Origin: Azolla caroliniana
Lineage: Eukaryota > Plantae > Polypodiophyta
Direction: 5' to 3'
Assembly (NCBI GenBank): GCA_043228905.1
Contig: JBHGNT010000016.1
Span: 4,340,001 to 4,404,000 of the forward strand
Length of the DNA stretch: 64,000 nucleotides
Below are positions 23,540-35,700 of the stretch, piece after piece (the stretch's first letter is position 1; each line of letters opens with the position of its first letter). The notes below the pieces were generated by a model that saw only the letters and a program-made list of their open reading frames with translations, had not been told where the DNA came from and did not search any database. The translations under genes and the position numbers were made by a program.

Positions 23540-26500
23540 GTCGTTGCCTCTGTTGTAACCGCCGCCTTTGGCGAAGATCTGTGAGCACGAGGTCGTTGCC
23601 TCAGTGAACTCACTGTTGTACATTCTCACATAGTGACAGTTTGCAGCCTGTGGGCTGCCGTGGTTTTTCCCTCTTTGGGGTTTTCCACGTAAACCTCCTG
23701 TGTATCTTCCTCTCCTTTGTGTCGTGTTTTCGTTTCCTGTTTTCTGTGTATGAAAAGAATCTCGGTTGTGGCCGAGCTTTGTGCATACGGAGCGTTGAGT
23801 TCCCGTCATCTAACTCATTGAGCGGAAGAGCGAAGTCTTCGAGTGTTTCCGGAGCCTCCAGAAGATGGTGGAACGGGAATCAGAGAGGAAGATCAAATGC
23901 CTACGGTCGGATGGCGGAAAAGAGTAGTTTTCCGGCCAATTCAACAGCTATCTGCAACAAAAAGGAATTCGGCGAGAATTTAGCTGCAAATACACACCGC
24001 AACAGAACGGTGTGGCCAAAAGGAAGAATCGGTCGCTGATTGACACGGCTAGGGCAATGTTGGAGGAAAAGAGCATGCCCAAGTTCTACTGGGCGGAGGC
24101 GGTCCAAACGATCGTCTACATCCAGAACCGGATCGGGGAGAAGGTGTCAACTCACGTGCTGTATTTCGGGCGCAAGCCGAATTTGAGACACCTCCGGATA
24201 TTCGACAGCATAGCCTATGTACATGTGCCGGATAAGAAGCGGAGAAAGCTGGATGCAAAATCGGAAAAATGCATCCTAGTCGGCTATGCTCAAGAGCAAA
24301 AGGGGTATAAGTGTTATAACCCCCGGACGAAGCAGGTCCGAGTCAGCCGAGATGTTGAGTTTGATGAATCGGCATCGTGGTATTCTTTACCAACTCCGAC
24401 TTCCGATCCCGACCCGATGTCGGAGGATGGGGCTAGTGAGCCCGAACCGGCCCAGGTAGAGAAAGATGAAGACGGGACTCAAGATGAGAGTCCGGAGTCA
24501 TTCCGGTTAAGCGGACCGAATGAGAGAATAGATCAATCCAACCAATCGGATTATGAGATGGCGAGTAGTGGAGACTCTGTCATGCTCTCCCCACGCAAGG
24601 AACCGAGGAGACAATTCACACGCAAAGAGAAAGGGAAGCAGAAGATGCCGGAATTCGAAACTGGCAATGATGAGTCGGATCGGTGCGTATCTGACTTTGG
24701 CAAGGACATAGGCAGATCTTCGGGAATGAAGACCGAACCGGCCAAGAAGGGTCTCATACCGGGTAACGGTGAGCTACACCGGTCCACCCGCCAGAAGGAT
24801 CCCGTTAAACGGTACGGGTACAACGAGTACAGGGCGCATCATTATGCGTACATGACCAAGGTCGCGGAAGTGCGTGAGCCGGAGAGCTACGCAGAAGTGG
24901 CAAAGGATGCAAATTGGCGTGCCGCTATGGAGGAAGAAATGCGGGCACTGGATGCCAACGGAACTTGGGACCTGGTTGACCCTCCCCGTCACTGTAAACC
25001 GATCGGATGCAAGTGGGTGTACAAGGTAAAGTACAATGCCGACGGTACAGTTAACCGGTACAAGGCCCGGTTAGTGGCGAAGGGATATGCGCAGACCCAC
25101 GGAATCGACTACGACGAGACCTTCGCTCCTGTAGCGAAGATGACGACGGTTCGTGTGGTATTGGCGGGTGTTGCGGCAAGGGGGTGGCATCTTCATCAGA
25201 TGGATGTAAAGAATGCCTTCCTTCAAGGAGATCTTGAAGAAGAAGTCTTTATGACTCAGCCCCCCGAATTTCAGTCGGAGGTGAACAAGCCGGCGGTATG
25301 CCGGCTGAGGAAGTCGTTGTACGGCTTGAAGCAAGCCCCTCGTGCTTGGAATGCTAAGATCACGCACCGGTTGCAAAAGATGGAGTTTGGCGCCTCTAAG
25401 TCGGACTCTTCCATGTTCATCCGTCAAGGCTCAAACGGTCTGGTATGTATCTTACTCTATGTTGATGATTTAGTCATCACCGGCCCAGGTCTTCCGGAAA
25501 TCAACCGCGTCAAGTCCCAATTGTCAGACACATTCGATGTGAAGGACTTGGGGGACCTTCATTATTTTTTGGGGATCGAGGTCATTCGCACCCCCGACGG
25601 CATATTGCTTTCTCAACGCCATAATGTTTTGAATATACTGTACAAGTTCGGCATGACGGAATGTCGACCTGTCTCCACACCCCTGGACCGGAATCAAAAG
25701 ATCTGTCCCAATTCCGGACCAGCCTGTGATGAGAAAAGGTTCCGACAAATAGTCGGAAGCCTGATCTACTTGACCATCACCTGACCCGACATTAGCTATC
25801 CGGTCGGAGTGGTAAGCCAATTCATGCAGAAGCCGACCGTGGAGCACCTTCAGTGCGTGCAACGAATATTGAGGTATGTAAGCGGCACTAAGGACCGGGG
25901 GTTCTTATACCGGCAAGGTATAATCGAAGAGCTTGTTGGCTACACGGATGCCGACTGGGCTGGCGATGCAACGGATCGTCGCTCAACTTCCGGCTTTTTA
26001 TGTTTTCTCTTGGGAGCGCGGCTATTGCGTGGAGCAGCAAAAAGTAGCCAACAATGGCTCTATCCAGCATTGAGGCGGAATACCGGGGCGCGACCGTTGC
26101 CACCTGCGAAGCCATTTGGCTTCGGCAACTACTGCAAGACCTGCGGATCGAGGTGCCGACCCGATCCTTATCTACTGCGATAACCTCAGCAATATGCAGC
26201 TCGCCAAGAACCCTGTGTTCCATGCTCGCACAAAGCACATAGAAGTGCATTATCACTTCGTGCGTGAGCGGGTCCTGAGCGGTGAAGTTGAACTACGGTA
26301 TGTTCACACGGATCGGCAAGTTGCCGACATCTTCACCAAACCGCTCGGGTCGGACAAGTTACAGCACTTTACCGAAATGCTTGGTGTTCAGCATCTCGAC
26401 GTGCCGCACTTGATGGGGAGACGCAAAGGCAAAAAAACTGTTGAACCCGTAGGTAAGAGAAGAACCGGTAGAGGTGGAGACAAGAAGAAAAATGAAGCCG

Positions 26501-27446
26501 AGTCGACGAAGGAAGTCGGCACATCCGAACAGGTCGGAGTGAGCGGCTGTGAAGAAGAAGTGTACACTCAGGAAGAGAAGTGCATGCTATGCGGAGGTCA
26601 TCACGATCGTAATGGCCATGATGTGGAGTCGAATGAAGAATTCGACTTTGGTGAACCGGCTGAAGAAGCCAAGGGAAGCACGGAGAAGGCCCAAGACCCG
26701 GACATGGTCCGATGTGGTGAGAGGCCTCAAGCCGAAAATCGAATCAGAGGATTCAGACAAGAGTTGGAACGAGTTGGAGACATCCGATTCGGATCAACAA
26801 ACGGATCCGGATGAGTCGGATCAACGAGAGGCCAAGGAGACACGGACGCAGCGGAAGTCAATGCCATCGCGGAGGAACCGACGGATCGACAAGCGTCGGA
26901 GTCATAGAAGTGAAGGAGCGGAGATGGGCCTATTGAGCAGACATGCCGAAGGTCGAGGCACGCAGAACCAAAGGGGTCACGGCAAACGGGACCGGACCGG
27001 ACAAGGAGTGCGAGCAAGGCGAAGAGACGCCAAGAGAAGTCAGTTGGAAGAACCGACTGCCACAGAGATTGACACTACGACCCTACCTCAGGTTGAGCTT
27101 GAGGGGGAGTGTTGAGCAGCAAGCTCAACCGGAGCCAGATCGGCTGAATAAGGCTGACCCAGTAAGCGAGAGGAATCGGTATGCCGGTGAGCAACCGAGC
27201 CGGTAAGCAGTAAGGACCGGTGAGCTGGGGAGCCGGTATGCCGGATCCAATCCGTAACTGGTAGCCTAGTATAGGTTAGACTACTAGGCAGTTATAATCT
27301 CGTAGTTAGTATCAGATGCTCGTGTGAGCATTGAAGTACACCGTACTTCTAACAGTCCCGTGTGGACTTGTATAAATAGCGCTGATGAGCGCGTTGTGGA
27401 GACCGAGCACAGAGTATTCATATAATTTTTTAAAATAGTGTGTCCT

Positions 27447-27488
<42 letters not shown>

Positions 27489-27525
27489 CTGTTCTTTCTA
27501 ACGCTTCCGCAAGCAATCTTTAACA
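20811..27525 (+). mobile_element. Ty1/copia element C (degenerate), 5' LTR truncated
   Basis: 5' LTR remnant 20811-21183; PBS 21184-21195; gag-pol with many stops about 21280-26420; PPT TTGAGGGGGAG; 3' LTR 27110-27525. Confidence 0.9.
22973..23808 (+). repeat. Solo LTR related to copia A/B, with 54-bp tandem array
   Basis: TGTTGGG...GTCA termini; blocks shared with B LTR; TSD TCTAC/TCTAA; interrupts C integrase at WIY|LIE. Confidence 0.88.
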
Positions 27526-28410
27526 GCGTCAAAGCGTTTAAGAAACGACACGAGTGCGTGCCGGACCTGGGAAGCATGGACGGTGACGATGAGCGGTCCG
27601 AGGCGGATGACAAACCGGAAGGCAAAGAGTAAAGCATGGACTGGTTTTCTCCAGCAAGAGCCGATTTTGGCTCATACAGGTGGATGCGCGGTTAGGTGGG
27701 GGCGGATGTCGTGAAGAAAACCATCCCTAGGTGGAAACCGAGTTTAGCGTGTGTAAAACGGCCCTTACACGCGAGCACACTTTTCGTTGTATAGTAAGTA
27801 GGTAGGTACAAGTCGGCTGAGAGGAAATCCTAGGTAGCATGCATTCAATAGGGAGCGAATCGAGGTGTATCTCTGTCCGAAAGGACAGAGAATTAATATG
27901 ATGTAATGGATGATAACGGCCTCCCTCCTTGGGCTATAAAAGAGAGGGAGAGGAATGGGGAAAGGGATCGCGCGTTAGAGAGGATGAAGTGTTGCCGGAC
28001 TAGGACTGAGCCCTTCTCCTCTGCCACTCTCCATAGCGATTTTTGTGCAAGTTTTCGGGAGGCTAACTCTGCTCCGTGGAACGTCCGTGTGCTTCCGGCA
28101 GAGTCTCCATCTCGCTCTTTCTATGTGTGTGAGTGAACAGGCGTCGGTGTTCGCCTTGCCGGCCTGTTAGTTGTAACCGTCTCGATATATATATATATAT
28201 ATATATTTCTATACATACGTGTTCATATACTCGGACTTCTAGTCGTCTCGTTTTGCTGTGTTGTTGGACTGTGATTCCTATGTGCTCCTGTGTCTGTGCA
28301 TGTGCAAGTGCGTCTGTTGCCTTTCCGCTCTCCTCCTTCCCAGCTATTTCTCGGTCCAAGACCCCGGTGGTCCCGCCTCGTTCCCCACGCACGCGCGTAA
28401 CAACGCGACA

Positions 28411-31302
28411 ATGTCTCTCTGGTCCGACCTTAATTCCTTTGCGATGGAGAGAAAACGGAGTTCTGACGTTGTACCCACGTTTACTTCTTCCAGGGCGGAG
28501 GTGGTGACTCACCGTGAAATTTCCATTTCCCTCTCGAATGTTGCCCGTGCTCTGCTTAGTTCCAATATTGACTCCGGATTTGGTTCGTAAGCCTCATTGT
28601 GGAGAATAGTGGACGTGGCATATTCTGCCGCGGTTGCGATGATGTCGATTTCGAATAGCCTCTAATTCTGCATCCTCCACCCCAACCAACATATTTATAG
28701 CTTCCGCGTATAATGGTGTTATACCCTTGGATTGTGTCGCGCTTCCCTTCGTAGGTACGCAAACCTTGGTGCGTGCGTGTCGGAAACTGATACACTTGTG
28801 TTGCTAGCTCTACTTGATATTTTCTGCCCGAAGCCATGGTCTACCCAGCAGCACAGGGTATGCCCCTGGGGCATCCAGGGTGAGGACTACCATCGAGACA
28901 TCGAAGCGATGTCCTCCCACAATAATGCCTATCTTGTGTATCAACCCCAATGGTCATACTAAGCAGGTATCTGCCATACGGAGCCAGAATGGGCAAGCCT
29001 CCCATTCTGAAATGCCTAACTGCTCACATGTTTTCGCGCTAATTACATTAACGCCCGAGCCACCATCGATTACGCATCCTGGGATTTCCTGTCCGTGTAA
29101 TATCAATGTAATAGCCGGGTTGCGGTGATCCACTATAGACAGTCTGTCGCTAATGTTCGTGAGGTTCGTAGCGACGCTCACCCCGGGTATGCCCGTCACC
29201 CGTTCTTCCATGGTCTGGCGGAAGCGTGGGACTAGTTGTAACAGCTTCTCCATGGTTAACGTTATCTTGCAGCCCACTAGTGCTTGCCAAATGGGGTCCG
29301 GGGCCGGTCCTTCGTCCTCCACTCGTTCCATTGTATTCGCGGACTCCTTCCGCATGCGCTTTGTATTTGTCGCGTTTGCTTTTTCAACCCATGCATGGGA
29401 TTGTCGTCGTATCTCATCTTGCACGGCCCAATCAGCCGTTTTTGTTTGCTGGCGTGTCGTGACTTGCTGCACTTCCGTTGTAACCATATTGACGGCGGGC
29501 CCCTTGCCCTTGCATACTAGGCATTGCGTGGCATAATGTCCGGGTTGTTGACAAACAAAACAATGGATGCTCGATTCACCCTTCTCGGCTCCTGGTGGTG
29601 TGTGCCATACCCCTGGTGTGACTTGCTCCTCATGGTCCGGCCTCGTTTGTCGGAGCATACGCGGTGGTTGCTGTTGGTCCCGGCGTGGTTCTTGGTGTCA
29701 CTCATCGCCCGAGCTTTTGTCATATTGTCGGTGGTCCCGATATTGCCGCTGCTTCCCACGATAACCATTGAAGCCGCCATGTTTGTTTGTCGGCCGGTGA
29801 TTCTCATAGCGCAGGCCCCCTTTAGCATAACTCGGGGGACCACGGTAGTCCTCATCCTCTGGCTTGTCTTCCTCGGAATCGTTGTGATTCTGGCGATTCT
29901 GGTAGTGTCGGTCGTCACGTGGGTTGCGATTCACATACCGTGGTCGATCGTCTTGCCTCCTTTGTTTAGTATGGCATGGGGGACGTTGTGTGTCCATGCT
30001 GCGTACCGTGGGAGCGGCTCTGTTCAGCATATTGTATTCGCACTATTTGACTGTGTGAGCCTTTGAGTGGCAGATTGGGTAGTGGATTCGCATGTTGCAC
30101 TCCACTGCGAAATGCCCCGAGTTCAAGCAAATCGTGCACTGGATTGCTTGACGAAACTGTCGTTCCTCGTCCTGAGGTAACTCTTGTCGTAATGAGGACA
30201 TAGAAAATCTTTCCTGTTCGTCGTCCAGCTCAAGCTATAATGCTCGTTCAATGACCATATCTGTTGTTTCCCCTTTTAGAGGGGAAAATCCAGAGGATTT
30301 CGCGTTGTGGAACCCTCCAATGGAAGAACCGCAAAAAGGTGAACTGCAACTGGTCAAGGGTCGTGATTGCTGGCAAATCCATCTGTGAATGCCAAAATGC
30401 CGCTTGCCCATCCAATGTTAACCCGAACTCTGTCATTTTGGACTGGTGCACTATCGTCTCAGAAAGGCTCTGTGCCATGTGGTTTGCATTCCAAACATTG
30501 AGGAACATGCGAATATGAGTTGCGGCATCGGTTTCGTCATTAAAGCGGGGATAGGCAAAGGCCATGCTGGGGGGCTACGGCAATTCGGGAAAGACCACAG
30601 TGTTGTTGTGGTGAGTGTGCTCCCCGTGTATCATCAAGGTATTTGGAGAGCGGAAAATAATCTTTGTCATCGTGACATGTAGTGTTGAGGTCGCTGAGGC
30701 GAGGCTTCTGCCGTGTGCGGTCCTCTTCCTGGCGTGTGATGGACCTTGTGATTGGCCGGTCTGGTCGTGTTGGTTCTCTAGGGCGTCTACGGCTAAACAT
30801 CTATTCGTTGTTGTTCGTCCGTGAGAAGACACAGATCACCAAGCGTGCCAAAAGTGTTACCGATTAGGAACACGGTCTACGGTCAGTCCTTCGACCTAGA
30901 CCTCCAAGTGACTATGTGACAACGAACGGTAGCGTCTGTGCGTAATACGTAGGGGAGTGTTCCCCGTAACCTAACAACGTATAAGGGAGACGGCTATAAC
31001 CGAGCTCCTTAACAATGGCTACACACTCACCGTTGATTACTTCTACACTCTCAGGTGTTACAGACACACAATAGATTAGTCGTAGCAATACACAGATATC
31101 AGAGAAGATAGAATGCTATTACGATACGCTTCTTTACATTCCAAAAATACACGCTCCCTCTATTGAAGGTTTTCTGCCCTTTATATACGCAGGGTCTTTT
31201 CGCCGTTCACGCTTCCCGCGTGAACCGTTACATGCGTTACAATCTTATACTATTCCCTATTCCTGCGCTCTTGTCCGTCGGTTACTATTCCGGCGGACAA
31301 CA
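28411..31302 (-). mobile_element. Tat/Athila-like gypsy 5' remnant F: 5' LTR 30855-31302, Arg-type PBS, gag, protease
   Basis: PBS TGGCACGC next to LTR; two CCHC knuckles including CFVCQQPGHYATQC; protease VIDGGSGVNVI; truncated before RT by the X1 3' LTR. Confidence 0.82.
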
Positions 31303-32710
31303 AAGCACCTCGGTCTGGCAAGACACATACTTGGTATGAAGATTAGTCGGTATCGCGATACACGACAACTTTTCTTGTCTCACACCGACTACATCGGACG
31401 TGTCTTAGAACGCTTCAACATGCAATCGGCCAAGTCTGCTTCGACCCCGCTCCCCATCAACCTTCGGTTGTCTCAGCGAGACTGTCCGACATATGGTCCG
31501 GAGGGGGAAGATATGAAGTCGGTACTGTATGCACCGGCAGTTGGCTCCCTCATGTACGCGATGGTCGCGACACGACTTGATATTTCTCACGCCGTAGGAG
31601 TCTAGGTCAGCAAATTCATGCACAACCCCAGCCGATCGCACTGGAACACAGTCAAGCATGTGTTCAGATATCTAGCTGGCACAAAAGACCACGATATTCT
31701 TTTCGGCCCGAACTAAACCTCAGCCGTAGTTGGTTACACCGACTCGAACTTCGCCGGCTGTGTGGACAGTCGGAAATCAACAACCGGATACTGTTTCAAA
31801 TTTGGCAATGGAGCAATCTCGTGGAAGTCAAAATTTCAAGAGTGCACAACCACCTCAACAGCCGAAGCGAAATATGTAGCTACGTCTGACGTGACAAAAG
31901 AAGCTTTATGGCTCGGTCGGCTAGCGCACATGTTTCGACAGGTCGACTCCGACTCGGCTCCAGTTGTCTACAACGACAGTCAGGGTGTTGTTGCTTTGTC
32001 AAAAAATCCGGTTCACCACAATACCTCTAAGCATATCGACGTTCGATATCACTTCGTTCGAGACCGCGTCATTTCAGGGAAAATCAGTCTCGAGAAGATA
32101 TCCACAACCGATAATGTCGCAGATGGAATGACCAAGTGTCTTTTGGTGGATCGTTTCCGGTCCGTTCGGCACTAGATGGGCGTAATGAAAAATCGGTCTG
32201 AGTAAAGTCGGACACACAGCACAAGATGGTTTCGGACCACCGACATCGGTTCTCTGAGGATCGGCTTCAGCTCTTCCGACCTGACTGGTTCGGTCCTCTG
32301 TCTTCGCATCTTGCCGACTCTGACAAAACAGATCTGTCCGATAAACGTTGTATATATACCTGTAATTCTTTAGCTAACCCGTCCCGTGTATACGCCCATT
32401 ACAGGGGAGTGTCGAATATGAGTGTATAATGGTCATATTCACACTGTCCCTTTGGACAGCCCAAGTTCGAGCTATTTCTGTAAATAGCATAAAGGGCAAT
32501 TGCCCTAGGACAGTCACTATATAAAGTGACTTTGTAACCTTTAGTGAGGGTTGGTTGTCATTTGTAACTGTTGCTATTGGAATATAATGTTTCCTTTGTG
32601 CCTCTCTCTCTCTCTCTCTCCCTCTGTGTCTATCTTGCTCATGCATACACAGGTTCTTCTTCATCACGAATGTTGCTTGCACTTCCACATTGACGGACTA
32701 GTCCCCAACA
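31303..32710 (+). mobile_element. Ty1/copia 3' remnant E (RT end, RNase H, PPT, 3' LTR 32410-32710)
   Basis: YAPAVGSLMYAMV, KHIDVRYHFVR; PPT AGGGGAG; LTR TGTCG...CAACA abutting hAT coding sequence. Confidence 0.85.
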
Positions 32711-35700
32711 TAGTAATCTCAATAGGATTGAAACCTCTTTCTTTAATCTTCTTAAGAATACGAAGATTTGTGGGCAAAAAAACCAATTTTTGCACATGAT
32801 TTGAACTCAATCTATTTCTCCTTTTAGTATGTATTAATGAAAATGTACTCCAATTCCTTTCACAAGACGATGCACATTTACCTTGAGATAATATTCTAAT
32901 TGCAAGTTTCATCAAATTGGGAGTGCTTGCCCCAAAAGTTTCCCACCATTTGATTGGTATGCTTAATTGATTAGCATCCTTTGCAAATGGAACTTGAAAT
33001 AAATCTGATGCTTGTTTTCTATATGCATAAAACTCATCTATCAAAGCATTTTGTAAAACTATATTACCACTAGCATAAAGCATGACTGTTTTCATCCACC
33101 CCATTTGTAAATCATGATCTATTTCTTGACCATTTGCTGTCCATAATGGATGTAAGACATATCCCACTGCATGCAATGGCGATTCCAACATTGTTAGTCT
33201 ATGTATGCAACACTCTTTTATTTCATCAAGCTTCATAGGATCAATTTCTATCATATTGTTTATATCAATCAACATTTGTAAAGAATCAAGAGATGGATTC
33301 TTGTGAAGCAGAAGTGATGTGAGTTATGTGTGTGTGTAAGAGAGAGAGAGAGAGAGTGAGTGAAACACAGAGAATACGCAAGGTAAAAGTATATTGACAA
33401 AGGAGAAAGACTCAACATTATACAAGGTGGGAGGAGGGTGCTTTATGTAGTCACCCTCTCTCTTCATTAACTACAAGCCTCATGGAGCATGGGGAATGTG
33501 AAAGCTCATAAGTTATGTGTCATAGAATATGATTCTATGACTCATACTAAATGCTAGAATACAAAGTGGTGACATAATGGTGACTCTTGATCGTTGGAGT
33601 GTCTCTTCACTCTCAAGGTGAGTTCACACACTAGACCAAGTTGAGCTTGATTCTCAACACGCCCCCTCAAGCTCAAGTCAGGTCGGTTTCAGACGGTATC
33701 CGAAATCCGCTTCAACTCGCGTTCCGGAGTCCGCGTCGGCTCGCTTTATGCGGAGTTGCGGAATCCGTGCTCCAGCTTGTGTTGTGCGAAGTCTGTGCTT
33801 CGACTTGCGTCTTTCTTTGCGGCTTTGCATGGTAGATCGGCTCTTCGCTGCTTCGTTGCGTGGTTGCAGAATCCACGCATTATTGTGTAGTGTCTTCAGT
33901 ACTCCCCCTCAAGCTTGGCAGGTCAGGGATCGTCAATCTGAGATCGGTCATGAATTGCCACAGCTTGTCGGCTCCTAAGGCTTTAGTGAAGATGTCGGCC
34001 GTTTGAAAATTGGTGCTAATGTGTTGTAGGTCTACATCGCCAGCCAGAACGCGCTCTCGAATTAAGTGATAGTGCACTTCGATGTGCTTTGTCCGCGCGT
34101 GGAACACCGGGTTCCGAGCCAGATAGATACTGCTCATGTTGTCGCAGTAAAGGGAAGTCGGATCCTTGATGGGTACGCCCAAATCCTTCAAAATCCTCTT
34201 GAGCCATATGGCTTCACACGCAACTACGGTTGCGCCCCTGTATTCTGCCTCCGTACTCGAAAGAGCGACGGTAGGCTGCTTCTTGCTACTCCAGGATATT
34301 GCTCCACTCCCGAGGGAGAAAACAAATCTGGAGGTTGATCTTCTATCAGCTTTGTGGCCGGCCCAATTAGCGTCTGTGTACCCCTCGAGTCGTATTGGCA
34401 TTGCGGTCTTGTAGAGGATGCCACAATCCATTGTGCCGTTGATGTAGCGTAGAACTCGCTTAGCGCAATCCAAGTGAGTATCACGCGGTGTTTGCATGAA
34501 TTGGCTAAGGAGACCGACCGGATAACTGAGATCGGGTCGTGTGATCGTGAGGTAGATGACACTCCCGATGAGTTGCCGATACTAAGTCGGCTCACACGCT
34601 TTGGTGCCGGAGTTCGCATCTAGTTTGAGATTACGATCAAGTGGGGTTGCCATGGATTTGCACTCAGCCATCCCGAACTTGTATAACAAGTTGAGAATGT
34701 AGTGCCGTTGAGAGATCATGATTCCGGCCAGAGTCCGAATTACCTCGATGCCGAGGATGTAGTGGAGCTCCTTCATGTCCGTCATCTCGAACTTGTCGGA
34801 AAGGAGGGATTTGACTTTATTGATTTTGACGAGATGCTCACCTCCAATGACTAGGTCATCCACATATAAAATGATGACGATCGGACTTGCGGAATCGCTT
34901 CGTATGTAGAGGGAGTTGTCCGATTTTGACATATGGAAGCCGATTTGATGAAGATATTGCGTTATCTTCGAATGCCAAGCACGCGGTGCTTGCTTGAGGC
35001 CGTAGAGTGGCTTCTTGAGTCGGCAAACAGCTTTCGGATGGGTGCTCGGGTGCTCGAGTTGAAGCCGGGTGGTTGGATCATGTACACCTCCTCTTCTAAT
35101 TCGCCTTGTAGAAAGGCATTCTTGACGTCCATTTGATGGAGGTGCCACCCTTTCGCCACGGCAATCGCAATTACGGTCCGCACCGTCGTCATCTTTGCCA
35201 CCAGGGCAAAGGTCTCTTCGTAGTCGACGCCATGTGTCTGAGTGTATCCTTTCGCTACAAGTCGAGCTTTGTAGCAGTTTACAGAGCCATCGGCGTTATA
35301 CTTCACCTTGTAGATCCATCTACATCCGATCGCCTTTTTGTGTGGTGAGGTGGGAACGAGATCCCACGTCTCGTTCTTCCGTAATGCCTGCATCTCCTCG
35401 TTTATTGCTTCGATCCATCGCGGGTCCCTCGCGGCTTCCCGAAAAGGTTTCCGGCTCCCGTACTATCGCTACCTTCATCATAAAGGCGTAATGGTACGCC
35501 ATATAATCGTTGTGGCCGAATCGGCTTACGAGGTTCTTTTGACAAGTGGATCGGCGGAGCTTTTCATTTGCAGAGATGAAGGCTTTCTTGGCTCCGATTG
35601 GTACCTCGAAACTGCTGAACTCACTGTCGAGTGAGTGAGTCGATTCGTCGTTGTCGAAGCGATCGTCTTCATAATCCGCCATTTTCGCCTTGCCTTTGTC

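Larger units (their letters stand above)
9264..28410 (+). mobile_element. Ty3/gypsy family X copy 1 (non-chromovirus), hosting copia B and C
   Basis: LTRs 9264-9965 and 27707-28410; PBS TGGTGAACCCGACGTGAA 9970-9987; PPT AGGTGGGGGCGGA; gag-PR-RT-RH-INT order. Confidence 0.9.
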
